Positions 1 to 10,355 are shown, counted from the stretch's first letter. The stretch is DNA of 64,000 nucleotides from Candidatus Latescibacterota bacterium (GCA_965203805.1 OZ241917.1:160001-224000), one strand, 5' to 3'. Notes: generated from the sequence alone by a model not told the origin. Made by a program: numbers and translations.

Positions 1-308
1 AAAAGGAACTGGTGCGCATCCCGGTCATCAACGGAACATTGCCGCACGAGATCATCGGTGTCTTTGGCGCGTCCAGGGTACTGTTAAAGCCCGCGGCGCC
101 GGGAACAGGGGTGATCGCCGGGGGGGGTATTCGGGCGGTTCTGGAACTGGCAGGCGTGCAGAACGTGTTGACCAAATCTCTGGGATCCCAGAATACCCAC
201 AATACCGTGAAGGCGACGCTCCAGGGTCTGGCCAGCCTGCGCGACGCACGGGCGTTCGCGCGGCTGCGGAATATCGACGAATCAGAGCTGACCGGCGTTC
301 GGGAGTAA
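1..308 (+). CDS. rpsE: 30S ribosomal protein S5, C-terminal part (5' truncated by window edge)
   Basis: [40 protein letters not shown] motif; sits before rpmD. Confidence 0.97.
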   Translation, partial: KELVRIPVINGTLPHEIIGVFGASRVLLKPAAPGTGVIAGGGIRAVLELAGVQNVLTKSLGSQNTHNTVKATLQGLASLRDARAFARLRNIDESELTGVRE

Positions 309-314
309 TGCGGA

Positions 315-512
315 ATGGCAAACGACGGGAAGAAACTGAAGATCACCCAGGTTCGCAGCATGATCTCGCGCAATGAAAAACAGCGGCGCACGCTCGCGGC
401 ACTTGGCATTCGACGAATTCGTCACAGCGTAATCCACAACGATACCGCGCAAATTCGCGGAATGGTCAATGCAGTAGCACACCTCGTCGAAGTGAAACAG
501 GCGGACGTCTGA
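315..512 (+). CDS. rpmD: 50S ribosomal protein L30
   Basis: [24 protein letters not shown]; spc operon order. Confidence 0.97.
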   Translation: MANDGKKLKITQVRSMISRNEKQRRTLAALGIRRIRHSVIHNDTAQIRGMVNAVAHLVEVKQADV

Positions 513-582
513 TTTCGGTTACGGGCGCTTAAAGGTCGCGACGGCCGGGCCCGCTTGCCCTCACGCGTAAGGACTCAGGAAG

Positions 583-1044
583 ATGGAACCAGGAAAGTTC
601 AAGCCCCCCAAGGGCGCGGTGACGAATCGGAAACGACTTGGCTGCGGCGTCGGATCCGGATGCGGCAAGACCAGCGGCAAGGGACACAAGGGTCAGAAGT
701 CCCGTTCGGGCGCCAAGTTGAGGCCGTGGTTTGAGGGTGGGCAGATGCCGTTGCAGCGCAGACTTCCCAAAGTCGGATTCAACAATCCGTCGAAGGTGAT
801 CTATCAGGTCGTCAATCTGGACGATATCGTCAAACGGGGATTGTCCGGACCCGTGACACCCGAACAACTGAAGCAGTCGGGCCTGATACGGTCGATCCGG
901 CGGCCTGTGAAAGTTCTGGGGCGGGGAGACGTCTCCGATCCCATTCAGGTTCATGTGCATGCGGCATCCAGGTCGGCCACAGAGAAAATCGAATCGGCCG
1001 GGGGAAGTGTGACCCTGATCGACGCGGGTTCCGGGGCGGGTTAA
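583..1044 (+). CDS. rplO: 50S ribosomal protein L15
   Basis: GSGCGKTSGKGHKGQKSRSG..FEGGQMPLQRRLPKVGF. Confidence 0.98.
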   Translation: MEPGKFKPPKGAVTNRKRLGCGVGSGCGKTSGKGHKGQKSRSGAKLRPWFEGGQMPLQRRLPKVGFNNPSKVIYQVVNLDDIVKRGLSGPVTPEQLKQSGLIRSIRRPVKVLGRGDVSDPIQVHVHAASRSATEKIESAGGSVTLIDAGSGAG

Positions 1045-1062
1045 TCTGAAGAGGAGGCGGCG

Positions 1063-2400
1063 GTGCTCCAGAGTTTCCAGAGTGCCTTTCGTATCCCCGA
1101 GTTACGCAATCGCATCCTGTTTACGCTGGGGATTCTGGTGGTCTTCCGGGTTGGCACGTATGTGACCATTCCCGGCATCGACCCCAGGGCCCTGGACGAG
1201 TACTTCAGCAGTGCCGCAACGGGCGTCCTGGGATTCTACGACATGTTTGCCGGCGGCGCGTTCGGCCGTGCGACCGTCTTTGCGCTGGGCATCATGCCGT
1301 ATATCAGCGCCTCTATTATCCTGCAGCTGATGGGCGCCGTCATTCCCTTTTTGCAGAAACTCCAGAAGGAGGGCGAAGAGGGGCGGAAGAAGATCACCCA
1401 GTATACCCGATACGGGACCGTTGCGCTGGCAGCCGCTCAGTCGTTTGGCGTCAGCCTGTTTATGGAAAGCCTCCGGTCGCCCATCACGGGAATGCTGGTG
1501 GTGCCGGATCCGGGCCTCGGCTTTCGCTTGCTGACGATACTGACAATTACCGCCGGTACCGTATTTGTGATGTGGCTGGGAGAACAGATAGACGACCGGG
1601 GCATCGGCAACGGCATGTCGATGTTGATTTTCATTGGGATCATCGCCCGTGCGCCCGCGGCCGTGATCCAGGAGTATCAGGACTTCGTGGCCAACAACAA
1701 GCCCATCCTGCTGGAGTTGTTCGTGGTCGTCATCATTGTCGCGGTAACCGCGCTGGTGGTCCTCATTACGCAGGGAACGAGAAAAATACCGGTACAATAC
1801 GCAAAACGAGTTGTGGGCCGGCGGGTCTACGGAGGCCAGAGCACACACATTCCGCTGAAGGTAAATACCTCCGGAGTGATGCCGATTATTTTCGCGCAGG
1901 CCATCATGTTTTTGCCATCCACTCTGGCCAATTTCTTCCCGATGAACGAGTGGGTGCAGGATATGGCATCCAGGTTTTCGCCGGCGACCACCCTGCATGC
2001 GCTTCCGTACTGGATTCTCTATTCCGCAATGATCATCTTTTTCGCCTACTTTTATACGGCGATCGTTTTCAACCCTGTAGATCTGGCCGATAATATGAAG
2101 CGGCAGGGCGGGTTCATTCCCGGCATCCGTCCCGGTAAGCGCACGTCCGATTTTATCGATCGGATTCTGACCCGGATTACGCTTCCAGGATCCATCTTTC
2201 TGGCGGCGATCGCGGTCTTCCCGTTTTTCGTGATCAGCTGGGCCGATGTGAATCCCGGTCTGATCGACTTCTTCGGAGGGACCGGGCTTCTGATTATCGT
2301 AGGTGTGGCGCTCGACACGTTACAGAGGGTGGAATCACACCTCCTGATGCGCCACTACGACGGCTTTATGAAGAAGGGCAGGCTCAGAGGACGTAGGTGA
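1063..2400 (+). CDS. secY: Preprotein translocase subunit SecY
   Basis: [43 protein letters not shown]; about 10 hydrophobic segments; GAGGAGG RBS before GTG. Confidence 0.98.
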   Translation: MLQSFQSAFRIPELRNRILFTLGILVVFRVGTYVTIPGIDPRALDEYFSSAATGVLGFYDMFAGGAFGRATVFALGIMPYISASIILQLMGAVIPFLQKLQKEGEEGRKKITQYTRYGTVALAAAQSFGVSLFMESLRSPITGMLVVPDPGLGFRLLTILTITAGTVFVMWLGEQIDDRGIGNGMSMLIFIGIIARAPAAVIQEYQDFVANNKPILLELFVVVIIVAVTALVVLITQGTRKIPVQYAKRVVGRRVYGGQSTHIPLKVNTSGVMPIIFAQAIMFLPSTLANFFPMNEWVQDMASRFSPATTLHALPYWILYSAMIIFFAYFYTAIVFNPVDLADNMKRQGGFIPGIRPGKRTSDFIDRILTRITLPGSIFLAAIAVFPFFVISWADVNPGLIDFFGGTGLLIIVGVALDTLQRVESHLLMRHYDGFMKKGRLRGRR

Positions 2401-2416
2401 TCGAAAGGATTTCAGA

Positions 2417-2533
2417 ATGAGGGTTCGCGCGTCCGTCAAGAGACGATGCAATCACTGCAAGATCATCCGGAGAAAGGGCGTGGTCCGGGTGATATGCAAA
2501 CACGATCCAAGTCATAAACAGAGACAGGGTTAG
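2417..2533 (+). CDS. rpmJ: 50S ribosomal protein L36 (38 aa, below the ORF-track cutoff)
   Basis: Translated by hand: [38 protein letters not shown], zinc-ribbon CxxC..C..H; AAGGA RBS. Confidence 0.97.
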   Translation: MRVRASVKRRCNHCKIIRRKGVVRVICKHDPSHKQRQG

Positions 2534-2592
2534 TATTCTGTCCCGATAAAAGGCGACCCGAATTCGGCCGGCGAATCGCCCGGCCGATATAC

Positions 2593-2632
2593 CCCTTCGA
2601 CCCTTCCACAAGTTCAGGACAGGGCTCAGGGA
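2593..2632. repeat. Nested or tandem short REP-like element in the rpmJ-rpsM spacer
   Basis: CCCTTCGA-CCCTTCCACAAGTTCAGGACAGG-GCTCAGGGA; the reverse strand reads PEPCPELVEGSKG; resembles, from recall, the dispersed CCCTTCGACAAGCTCAGG repeat family. Confidence 0.45.
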
Positions 2633-2733
2633 TCCACGCAAGAGCAGGACCGGACGTATCGGCGGATGGATGGTAACAAATTTCCGGGACGGGACGCAGG
2701 GACCTTCGGAAACCGAACAAAGGAGGAGAACCC

Positions 2734-3114
2734 ATGGCACGTATCGCAGGGGTAGACGTGCCGCGCGATAAGCGTGTGGAAATCGCGCTGACATACATTT
2801 ACGGTATCGGCAGAAGTTCCTCAAACCGGATTCTTGAGAAGACGCAGATTTCCCCGGATACACGCGTTGACGCGTTGAGCGAGGAAGACGTTACCAAACT
2901 CCGGAGTGTGATCGAGGGGGAATACCGTGTGGAGGGCAACCTGAGGAGCGAGGTGGCCATGAACATCAAGCGTCTGATGGACATCGGCTGTTACCGCGGA
3001 CTTCGCTGGCGGCGGGGGCTTCCGGTGCGCGGCCAGCGCACCCGGACGAACGCCCGGACGCGAAAAGGACCGAAGAAGGGTCAGATTGCCAAAAAGAAGA
3101 AAGCGCAGGTTTAA
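2734..3114 (+). CDS. rpsM: 30S ribosomal protein S13
   Basis: [43 protein letters not shown]; AGGAGG RBS. Confidence 0.98.
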   Translation: MARIAGVDVPRDKRVEIALTYIYGIGRSSSNRILEKTQISPDTRVDALSEEDVTKLRSVIEGEYRVEGNLRSEVAMNIKRLMDIGCYRGLRWRRGLPVRGQRTRTNARTRKGPKKGQIAKKKKAQV

Positions 3115-3136
3115 ACACGATTAAGGAGGCGATCAG

Positions 3137-3526
3137 TTGCCGCCGGAACAAAGAAGAGGCCGACGAAGGAGCAAGCGGGTCGACGGACAGGGTGTTGCCC
3201 ATATTAAAGCGACGTTCAACAATACCATCGTAACCCTGACCGACAGGGACGGGCACGTGATTTCGTGGTCCACTACTGGAAAAGTGGGTTTTAAGGGTTC
3301 CCGCAAGAGTACGCCCTTTGCCGCCCAGTTGGCTGCGGAAGCCGCGGCAAAAGAAGCAATGTCCATGGGGCTGCGACGTGTTGAGGTCTGGGTCAAGGGC
3401 CCGGGCGTCGGCCGGGAAGCCGCCGTACGCGCGTTGCAGGGCGCCGGACTGGAAATCGCGGCGATTCGCGATGTCACCCCGATTCCTCACAACGGCTGCC
3501 GGCCGCCCAAGCGACGTCGGGTGTAA
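3137..3526 (+). CDS. rpsK: 30S ribosomal protein S11 (TTG start)
   Basis: [42 protein letters not shown]; AAGGAGG RBS. Confidence 0.98.
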   Translation: MPPEQRRGRRRSKRVDGQGVAHIKATFNNTIVTLTDRDGHVISWSTTGKVGFKGSRKSTPFAAQLAAEAAAKEAMSMGLRRVEVWVKGPGVGREAAVRALQGAGLEIAAIRDVTPIPHNGCRPPKRRRV

Positions 3527-3553
3527 CGGTTTCCGACCGAGGAGGTCTATCGC

Positions 3554-4183
3554 ATGGCAAGGTATACGGACGCGAGCTGCAAATTGTGTCGCCGCGAAGG
3601 AGTTAAGCTGTTCCTGAAGGGCGAGCGCTGCTATCTGGACAAATGCTCGTTCGAAAAGCGCAGCTACGCGCCGGGCATGCACGGGCAGCGGCAGGGCCGC
3701 AAGCCTTCGGAATATGCCCTGCAGCTCAGAGAGAAGCAAAAGGCCAAGCGGCAGTACGGTGTGCTCGAAAGCCAGTTCCGCGGCTATTATCACAAGGCCG
3801 CCCGCCGGAAAGGCGTGACAGGGGAGCTTCTCCTGCAGACGTTGGAAAGCCGCCTGGATAACGTTACACACAGGCTGGGGTTCGCGCCTTCCCACAAGGC
3901 GGCGCGTCAACTGGTGCGGCACCGGCACATTATGGTGAATGGGCGTATCGTGGACGTCCCGTCTTTTCAGGTCGCGCCCGGCGATACAATTCAGGTTCGG
4001 GAAAAGAGCCGGCAACTGGCGTTGATCCACGAGTCCATCAAGCGTACCGGCGAGGGGCGACAGGCGGCGTGGCTGTCTCTGGACAAGGTGAATCTCACCG
4101 GCACCGTTCTCGACGTTCCCGCAAGGGAAGGGATTCCGACGCCTGTAGAAGAGCAACTCATTGTGGAATTGTATTCGAAGTAA
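3554..4183 (+). CDS. rpsD: 30S ribosomal protein S4
   Basis: [40 protein letters not shown]. Confidence 0.98.
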   Translation: MARYTDASCKLCRREGVKLFLKGERCYLDKCSFEKRSYAPGMHGQRQGRKPSEYALQLREKQKAKRQYGVLESQFRGYYHKAARRKGVTGELLLQTLESRLDNVTHRLGFAPSHKAARQLVRHRHIMVNGRIVDVPSFQVAPGDTIQVREKSRQLALIHESIKRTGEGRQAAWLSLDKVNLTGTVLDVPAREGIPTPVEEQLIVELYSK

Positions 4184-4273
4184 TCGCATCGGCTCTAATG
4201 AGGAGCGGCCCCGTATGCCTGCAACACCGGGGATGCCGCGCTGTTTCTTAGTTGATCCAAGGAGAATGTTTGT

Positions 4274-5290
4274 ATGAAGCCCAAGAACTTCCAGATGCCC
4301 AGGTCCGTCCAGATCAATGAGGACAGCCTCACCAGTTCTTACGGAATGTTTACGGTGCAACCTCTGGAACGTGGATTCGGAACCACAATCGGCAACGCAT
4401 TGCGCAGGGTATTGCTCTCGTCCATAGAAGGCGCCGCCGTTAAGGCCATTCGGGTGAAAGGGGTCCAGCACGAGTTCTCCGTTGTACAGGGCGTTGTCGA
4501 AGACATGACTGAAATCGTCCTGAATCTCAAAGAGGTCAACCTTCGGATGCATTCGGAGGAGGACAAACAGCTACGAATCGACAAGGCCGGGCCGGGCGCC
4601 CTGACGGCCGCGGAGCTGGAGGTGGACGCGGAGGTCGAGGTCATGAATCCCGATCAGCACATCGCGTCTCTCGATAAGGACGGCCACCTGGAACTGGATA
4701 TCACCGTGGGCAACGGGCGGGGGTATGTTCTTGCCGAAGAGAACAATGTCGCCGATCCCGCTACCGATACGATCATGCTTGACTCCGCATTTTCTCCCAT
4801 CCAGAAAGTGCATTACGAGGTGGACAATGCCAGGGTGGGACAACAGACGGACTACGATAAACTGACGCTGACCGTCTGGACCAACGGAACGGTCCGACCG
4901 GACGACGCCGTGTCTCATGCGGCCAAGATACTGAAGGACCATCTGGAGCTCTTTATTCACTTCGAGGAAGAGCCGGAGGAGGAGTACGAGGAAGTCATCG
5001 ACGAAGACACGCAGCGAGTGGCCTCACAACTTCAGATGCCGGTAGAAGAACTGGAATTATCGGTTCGTTCGGCGAATTGTCTGAAGGCTGCCAATATTTT
5101 GACCCTCGAAGACCTCGTGCAGAAGACCGAGACGGAGATGCTGAAGTTCCGGAATTTCGGCCGCAAATCGCTGAATGAGCTGACGGCCATCCTGGAAGGT
5201 ATGGGACTTCAGTTCGGCATGGATATTGCGAAGTACAGCGGGATTGCCGCCAGGAGTGATGAGGTGGCAGTGCTGGAGGACGAATTTTAG
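4274..5290 (+). CDS. rpoA: RNA polymerase subunit alpha
   Basis: PLERGFGTTIGNALRRVLLSS, ARVGQQTDYDKL, LELSVRSANCLK..RNFGRKSL. Confidence 0.98.
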   Translation: MKPKNFQMPRSVQINEDSLTSSYGMFTVQPLERGFGTTIGNALRRVLLSSIEGAAVKAIRVKGVQHEFSVVQGVVEDMTEIVLNLKEVNLRMHSEEDKQLRIDKAGPGALTAAELEVDAEVEVMNPDQHIASLDKDGHLELDITVGNGRGYVLAEENNVADPATDTIMLDSAFSPIQKVHYEVDNARVGQQTDYDKLTLTVWTNGTVRPDDAVSHAAKILKDHLELFIHFEEEPEEEYEEVIDEDTQRVASQLQMPVEELELSVRSANCLKAANILTLEDLVQKTETEMLKFRNFGRKSLNELTAILEGMGLQFGMDIAKYSGIAARSDEVAVLEDEF

Positions 5291-5316
5291 TAATTTCCCA
5301 AGGGGAAAGACGGGCT

Positions 5317-5868
5317 ATGAGACACGGCAAGCGGGGGCGCAAACTCGGACGTACAGCAAGCCACAAGAGAGCGATGATGAACAATATGGCCGCGTCTCTG
5401 TTCACGTACGGTTCGATACGTACGACCCACGCCAAGGCCAAGGAGTTGCGCGGTGTGGCTGAACGCCTGATCACGTTTGCCAAACGGGGCGATTTACACG
5501 CCAGACGACAGGTTCTGCGGCGAATTCGAAACCAGCGTGTCGTTGCGAAACTCTTCGACGAGATCGCAACGTCCTATACCGAACGGAACGGGGGCTATCT
5601 GCGGTTGCTCAAACTGGGCCCCCGCCGCGGCGACCGCGTTGAAATGTGCCTGGTGGAGATGGTCGGAGAGGAGTCGAGGGCCGATTTCGCTACGCGATCG
5701 GAATCTCTCGACGAAGCCGGTAACGGGCCTGACCGCGGGGAAACCGAAGGAGATTCCGCGGAGGAGGTCGCAGGCGGATCGGGCGGGCCCTCGTCGGCTC
5801 CGACCCGTGAAAGAGATTCCAGGGAAGCCGTCGAATCCGGAGAGGAACATAGGCGTACGATAAAATGA
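5317..5868 (+). CDS. rplQ: 50S ribosomal protein L17 with acidic low-complexity C-terminal extension
   Basis: MRHGKRGRKLGRTASH..ITFAKRGDLHARRQ..RNGGYLR..GPRRGD. Confidence 0.97.
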   Translation: MRHGKRGRKLGRTASHKRAMMNNMAASLFTYGSIRTTHAKAKELRGVAERLITFAKRGDLHARRQVLRRIRNQRVVAKLFDEIATSYTERNGGYLRLLKLGPRRGDRVEMCLVEMVGEESRADFATRSESLDEAGNGPDRGETEGDSAEEVAGGSGGPSSAPTRERDSREAVESGEEHRRTIK

Positions 5869-7175
5869 TTCCGTCACGTCGCAACAATATCTGGATGAGA
5901 GGGCAAATCGACAAGCCGGTCGATTTGCCCTTTGTCTTCCGGCACGTTCCGGGGCGCGGACTCGCCTGTCTCTGCCTCGTGCTATGCCTGTGGTCGACTG
6001 CCGTTGGCGGGACAGGCAGGCCGACTGACGAATTCCGTGGATTGTGGGTGGTTCGCCACTGGCTGAAGGGTCGGGAGCAGGTCATGCGAGCGGTGCGCAC
6101 CGCCGTGGAGGGGCGGATGAACGCCCTTCTGGTGCAGGTCCGGGGCCGGGGAGACGCCTTCTACGCCAGCCGACTGGTGCCGCGTGCCGAATCTCTGTCG
6201 GAGCCGGATTTCGACCCGCTTGCGCTTCTCGTGGAAGAGGGGCGCCGGGCGGGGCTGGAAGTGCACGCCTGGGTGAACATCTACCTCACCTGGCACCCGA
6301 CAGAGCGGCGTCCTGAGTCGGCGCAGCACGTATTTCTTCAGCATCCCGAGTGGTTCATGCACTCTTCGGACGGGATCGACCTGGGGCGCGTCGGGCTGAA
6401 CGGGGTCGATCTGGTCAAACGTTCGGTGGAGGGCCGGTACCTTTCGCCCGGAAATTCCGAAGTCAGGACCCATTTACTGGCGGTCATAGAAGAGATCGTC
6501 ACGCAATACGACGTCGACGGGATTCACATGGATTATGTCCGGTATCCGAATATCCACTATGACTACAATCCGGCTGTGACGGCGGAGTTTACGAGGCGTT
6601 TCGGATTCGACCCCGCGGAATGGAAAGAAAACAGGGCGAAATCCGAAGACGTCGGCTCGGGCGTCAGCGAAGTACGGTTGGCATGGGAGAAATGGCGAAG
6701 CGGACAGGTCAGTGTGCTGGTCGGGCAGGTACGCGAGCTGCTTTCACGCCTGAAGCCCGGCGCAAGGTTGTCTGCGGCCGTCAAACCGGACATAGAATTG
6801 GCATACACGCAATACGGCCAGGATTGGACCGGATGGATCAACGCGGGGCTCGTGGATTTTGTGGTGCCCATGTTTTACAAAGGATCCACGGCCGATATCG
6901 TTCGTCAGATGACCGAGGCCCGTGAGCGGGTGAAAAGAGGGAGTCTGTACGCCGGAATTGGCATCTGGAATCAGGGAGCCGACGACACGGTCGCCCAGAT
7001 CGACGTCGCTCGCCGCGCGGGCCTGCAGGGCGTGGTGTTGTTTTCCATCGATGGATTCATACAGCAGAAGGGTCTGGTGGGCCGGTTGCTGGACGGGCCG
7101 TTTCGTGAGCCGTCGCCACTTCCGGCGCGAAAATCGAACGTGGAGGGCACCTGTGCTGAGACCCAGGCGCGGTGA
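5865..7175 (+). CDS. Glycoside hydrolase-like 10 (DUF187/YddW-type) exported protein; start uncertain
   Basis: EFRGLWV, VQVRGRGDAFY, DPLA, LEVHAWVN, YDVDGIHMDYVRYP, QDW..W..DFVVPM; hydrophobic N-terminal segment; ATGA overlap with rplQ stop. Confidence 0.85.
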   Translation: MIPSRRNNIWMRGQIDKPVDLPFVFRHVPGRGLACLCLVLCLWSTAVGGTGRPTDEFRGLWVVRHWLKGREQVMRAVRTAVEGRMNALLVQVRGRGDAFYASRLVPRAESLSEPDFDPLALLVEEGRRAGLEVHAWVNIYLTWHPTERRPESAQHVFLQHPEWFMHSSDGIDLGRVGLNGVDLVKRSVEGRYLSPGNSEVRTHLLAVIEEIVTQYDVDGIHMDYVRYPNIHYDYNPAVTAEFTRRFGFDPAEWKENRAKSEDVGSGVSEVRLAWEKWRSGQVSVLVGQVRELLSRLKPGARLSAAVKPDIELAYTQYGQDWTGWINAGLVDFVVPMFYKGSTADIVRQMTEARERVKRGSLYAGIGIWNQGADDTVAQIDVARRAGLQGVVLFSIDGFIQQKGLVGRLLDGPFREPSPLPARKSNVEGTCAETQAR

Positions 7176-8517
7176 CCGGATAGAGCTTGACATCGAGGGG
7201 CTCGACAGGAGGGGCAATGGGGTGGGCCGCGTTGGCGAGTACACGCTGCTGGTTCGCGGCGCGGTGCCCGGAGACCGGGTCCGGGCGCGGGTGCGCAAGG
7301 TCCGAAACCGATTGAGAAGGGTCGAAGCCAGGGTGGAGGAGCTTCTCTCCTCCGAAATTCAGCGTATCGGTGCAAGCTGTTCTCACTTTGGCCTCTGCGG
7401 CGGGTGCCTGTGGCAGGATATTCCTTACGAGTCGCAGGTCCGACTGAAGCAGGACCTGGTAAGGAACTGCCTGCTTGAGGCCGGAATCGACACGGAACCC
7501 GACGCGCCGATACCTTCCGGGGAGCCGTTCTTCTACCGGAACAAGATGGAATTCTCCTTTGGCTCGTCGCCGGACGGGCGAAACGAGGTGGGATTGCACG
7601 TTTGGGGGCGCTTCGACCGTGTATTCGACCTGGACGCCTGTCATCTGCAGTCGGAATCGTCCAACCGGATCGTTGAACGCGTGCGCAACATTACCAGGTC
7701 TCTCCCCGTTTACGATTTGAAGCGGCACGACGGCCTGCTCCGGTTCCTGACCATACGGGAAGGTAAACTGACGGGTGAAACGATGGTTGTACTGACCACA
7801 TCGGGAGATGGGTTTCCCGGGGCGGAGACGTTGGGAAAAACGCTGAGGGAGTCCTTCCCGGAGGTGAAAAGCGTGATCCGCAGCGTTAATCTTCGACGGG
7901 CTCAGGTGGCCACCGGGGACCGCGAAGAGGTGCTTTCCGGTACGGGCTCGGTAAAAGAAAAACTGGGGGATTTTACTTTCGAGATATCGCCGGGCTCGTT
8001 CTTTCAGACCAACACCCGCCAGGCCGAGCATCTCTACCGGCGGGTCGTCGAATTGGCGGAGCCCGGTTCGGACGACCGGATTCTGGACGTGTATTGCGGA
8101 ACGGGCGCGATTTCGTTGTATCTTTCGCGGAAGGCAGGATACGTACTGGGCATCGAGGTCGTTGAAGGGGCGGTTCGGGATGCGATTCGCAACAGCGCCA
8201 TCAACGGTGTGTCCAACTGCGGTTTCATTGCGGGTGCGGCGGAAGATATCCTGTGGCGGATCCGGGAGCAGGGCGAGCGGTTTGACACCGTGGTCACCGA
8301 TCCCCCGCGACCGGGAATGCATCCAAAGGCGCTGAACGCGATCTGCGATCTGCGCCCGGAGCGCATCGTTTACGTCTCGTGTAATCCGGAGGCGCTGGGT
8401 TCGGACTTGAAGCGGCTGGAGGCGGGGGGTTACAGGACGGACTATGTGCAACTCGTGGATATGTTCCCCCACACGCCCCATTGCGAGGTTGTGGCCCGGT
8501 TGGCGGATACGGCCTGA
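7153..8517 (+). CDS. rlmD: 23S rRNA m5U methyltransferase (RlmD/TrmA family)
   Basis: N-terminal TRAM domain, CSHFGLCGGC Fe-S motif, YRNKMEF, SFFQTN, DVYCGTG, DPPRPG, YVSCNP, DMFPHTPH; GTG start chosen after GGAGGG. Confidence 0.9.
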   Translation: MLRPRRGDRIELDIEGLDRRGNGVGRVGEYTLLVRGAVPGDRVRARVRKVRNRLRRVEARVEELLSSEIQRIGASCSHFGLCGGCLWQDIPYESQVRLKQDLVRNCLLEAGIDTEPDAPIPSGEPFFYRNKMEFSFGSSPDGRNEVGLHVWGRFDRVFDLDACHLQSESSNRIVERVRNITRSLPVYDLKRHDGLLRFLTIREGKLTGETMVVLTTSGDGFPGAETLGKTLRESFPEVKSVIRSVNLRRAQVATGDREEVLSGTGSVKEKLGDFTFEISPGSFFQTNTRQAEHLYRRVVELAEPGSDDRILDVYCGTGAISLYLSRKAGYVLGIEVVEGAVRDAIRNSAINGVSNCGFIAGAAEDILWRIREQGERFDTVVTDPPRPGMHPKALNAICDLRPERIVYVSCNPEALGSDLKRLEAGGYRTDYVQLVDMFPHTPHCEVVARLADTA

Positions 8518-8547
8518 CGATCCGGTATACCACACGACACGCACGGT

Positions 8548-8586
8548 AAAGCAGAGGACGCGAGCGCCCTCTGCTTTTTATTTTTC
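8548..8586. terminator. Intrinsic terminator between convergent rlmD and greA
   Basis: AAAGCAGAGGACG-CGAG-CGCCCTCTGCTTTTTATTTTTT hairpin plus T tract. Confidence 0.8.
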
Positions 8587-8598
8587 CGAACGGAAGGG

Positions 8599-9072
8599 CT
8601 AATCCCTGCTGATATCCAGAATTTCGTACGCCAGCGTACCCACGGGAACCTTCGCTTCCACCTTCTCTCCAACGCCTTTGCCCAGAAGCGCCCGACCCAC
8701 GGGGGATTGTGTTGAGATCTTGTTCTGTTCGAAATCGGCCTCGTCCGTGGATACCAGCGTATACCGGATGTGCTCGCCGGTCCTGCGGTCCTTCAACGTC
8801 ACCGTAGCGCCAAGATATGCCTTGTCCTTGGCCATCAGGCTCTCGTCGATGATTTCAGATCTGACCAACTTGTCCTGGAGTTCGGCGATCTTCTTTTCGA
8901 CGAACATCTGACGTTCTTTCGCGCTGTGGTATTCCGCGTTCTCACTCAGGTCTCCATGTTCCCGGGCCCTGGCGATGGCCTCGATAACCGCCGGCCGTTC
9001 CCGGGTTCTGAGACGCTCCAGTTCGTTCCGGATCTTGTTGTAACCGTCTTTCGTGAGGTAAAGCCGATCCAT
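8599..9072 (-). CDS. greA: Transcription elongation factor GreA
   Basis: YLTKDGY..AREHGDLSENAEYH..IS..SPVGRALLGK; ATG start at 9072. Confidence 0.96.
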   Translation of the reverse strand: MDRLYLTKDGYNKIRNELERLRTRERPAVIEAIARAREHGDLSENAEYHSAKERQMFVEKKIAELQDKLVRSEIIDESLMAKDKAYLGATVTLKDRRTGEHIRYTLVSTDEADFEQNKISTQSPVGRALLGKGVGEKVEAKVPVGTLAYEILDISRD

Positions 9073-9132
9073 TGTCCTGTCTCGCTTCCTCGGTTGCGAA
9101 TCGCAGGTACTCACGCGCCCTGAAATTTCCGT

Positions 9133-9168
9133 AAAAATATCGGGGGTCCGGATCTGCGGACAGCCCCG
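9133..9168 (-). terminator. Terminator-like hairpin inside the greA 5' leader
   Basis: Minus strand CGGGG-CT-GTCCG-CAGATC-CGGAC-CCCCG followed by ATATTTTT, between the predicted promoter and the ATG. Confidence 0.6.
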
Positions 9169-9223
9169 CTACGTACGCCGAAGACGAATCTGGTGAATCC
9201 GGAAATGGACGCTAAGGTGCTCA

Positions 9224-9252
9224 AAATTAAGGTCTTTTTTGAATAAAGTCAA
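9224..9252 (-). promoter_or_regulatory. Predicted sigma70 promoter for greA
   Basis: Minus strand TTGACT-17 nt-TAATTT. Confidence 0.6.
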
Positions 9253-9279
9253 GATCAAAAGATGCCTGGCAGGTTCGGT

Positions 9280-9308
9280 TTGACATCTACCACAAAGGTT
9301 AGTATACT
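9280..9308 (+). promoter_or_regulatory. Near-consensus sigma70 promoter for the DapA-family gene
   Basis: TTGACA-17 nt-TATACT. Confidence 0.75.
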
Positions 9309-9402
9309 ATACGTCTCGTGAGTCCTTTTCGGCCGCCAGAGACACAATTCGCATGAATCGCCCCACCTGAAGAAGTGCGGCGGAACACGAACGAGGGAGG
9401 GA

Positions 9403-10314
9403 ATGGATACCACGTTTGTGCGTGGGCTGATACCGGCACTGATTACCCCAATGACCTGCGACGAAGCACTGGATGAAGCGGGCCTTGAGCGCCTGCTGAA
9501 TTACGTGATCGCCGCGGGGGCCCATGGCGTATTTGCAGGGGGTACCGCCGGAGAGTCCTGGGCCTTGAGCGTGGAAGAAAAGATACGGCTCTACGAGTGG
9601 ACCGTGAATTATACCGCCGGACGGGTGCCTGTTTACGCGGGTACCTCGGCGAATTGCACGTCCGAAGCCGTGCGGCTGGCCGAAGCGGCGCAGGAGGCGG
9701 GGGCCGATTGCCTTTCCGTGCTCACGCCATACTTTATCACGCCCGGTCCCGGCGAAATGTACGAACACTTTGCCGCCGTCGCACGGGCGGTGGACCTGCC
9801 CGTGCTCTTGTACGATCTCCCGGCCAGAACGGGAAACAGTCTTTCGGTAGATCTGGTCTTGCGGCTGGCGGCGGCGTTCGGCAACATCGTCGGAATCAAG
9901 GAAAGTTCGGGCGATTTTTCCCGTACGCTCGAGTACCTGCGAATCGCCCCGGAGGGCTTTCGCGTGATTATGGGCCGCGATACGCTGATTTACGCCGCCC
10001 TCGTTCACGGCGCCGCAGGGGCAATTGCCGCAAGCGCCAACGTGGCGCCCGAACTCGGGGTTGGCGTCTATGAGCGGTTCAGGGCGGGAGATACGGACGG
10101 CGCGCTGGATTTTCAGTTGCGGCTGGCGCCGTTGAGGTCCGCGTTTTCGCTTGGAACCCATCCGGCGATGCTCAAGGCCGGTGCAGACCTCGTCGGCGCC
10201 TGTGGAGGACCACCCCGGCGACCCGTGAGCCGTCTGGCGGGCAGCGATCTGCAAGCGTTGAAAGCCGTGCTTGCAAAGATGGGAAAGCTCCAGGCCAATG
10301 CGGCGTATGAGTGA
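9403..10314 (+). CDS. Dihydrodipicolinate synthase family (class I aldolase) protein
   Basis: GLIPALITP, GGTAGES, TPYF, LYDLP.RTG, IVGIKESSGD Schiff-base Lys; substrate not determinable. Confidence 0.88.
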   Translation: MDTTFVRGLIPALITPMTCDEALDEAGLERLLNYVIAAGAHGVFAGGTAGESWALSVEEKIRLYEWTVNYTAGRVPVYAGTSANCTSEAVRLAEAAQEAGADCLSVLTPYFITPGPGEMYEHFAAVARAVDLPVLLYDLPARTGNSLSVDLVLRLAAAFGNIVGIKESSGDFSRTLEYLRIAPEGFRVIMGRDTLIYAALVHGAAGAIAASANVAPELGVGVYERFRAGDTDGALDFQLRLAPLRSAFSLGTHPAMLKAGADLVGACGGPPRRPVSRLAGSDLQALKAVLAKMGKLQANAAYE

Positions 10315-10355
10315 ATCGGAAGGGCGGAGGCCATGACGTATCGACGAGCGGGGGA

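Noticed and set aside
2966-4552. 528-aa minus-strand ORF
   Set aside because: Antisense shadow of rpsM-rpsK-rpsD-rpoA; long shadow frames are expected at high GC and it has no motifs.
7057-8544. 495-aa minus-strand ORF
   Set aside because: Shadow of the rlmD-family gene.
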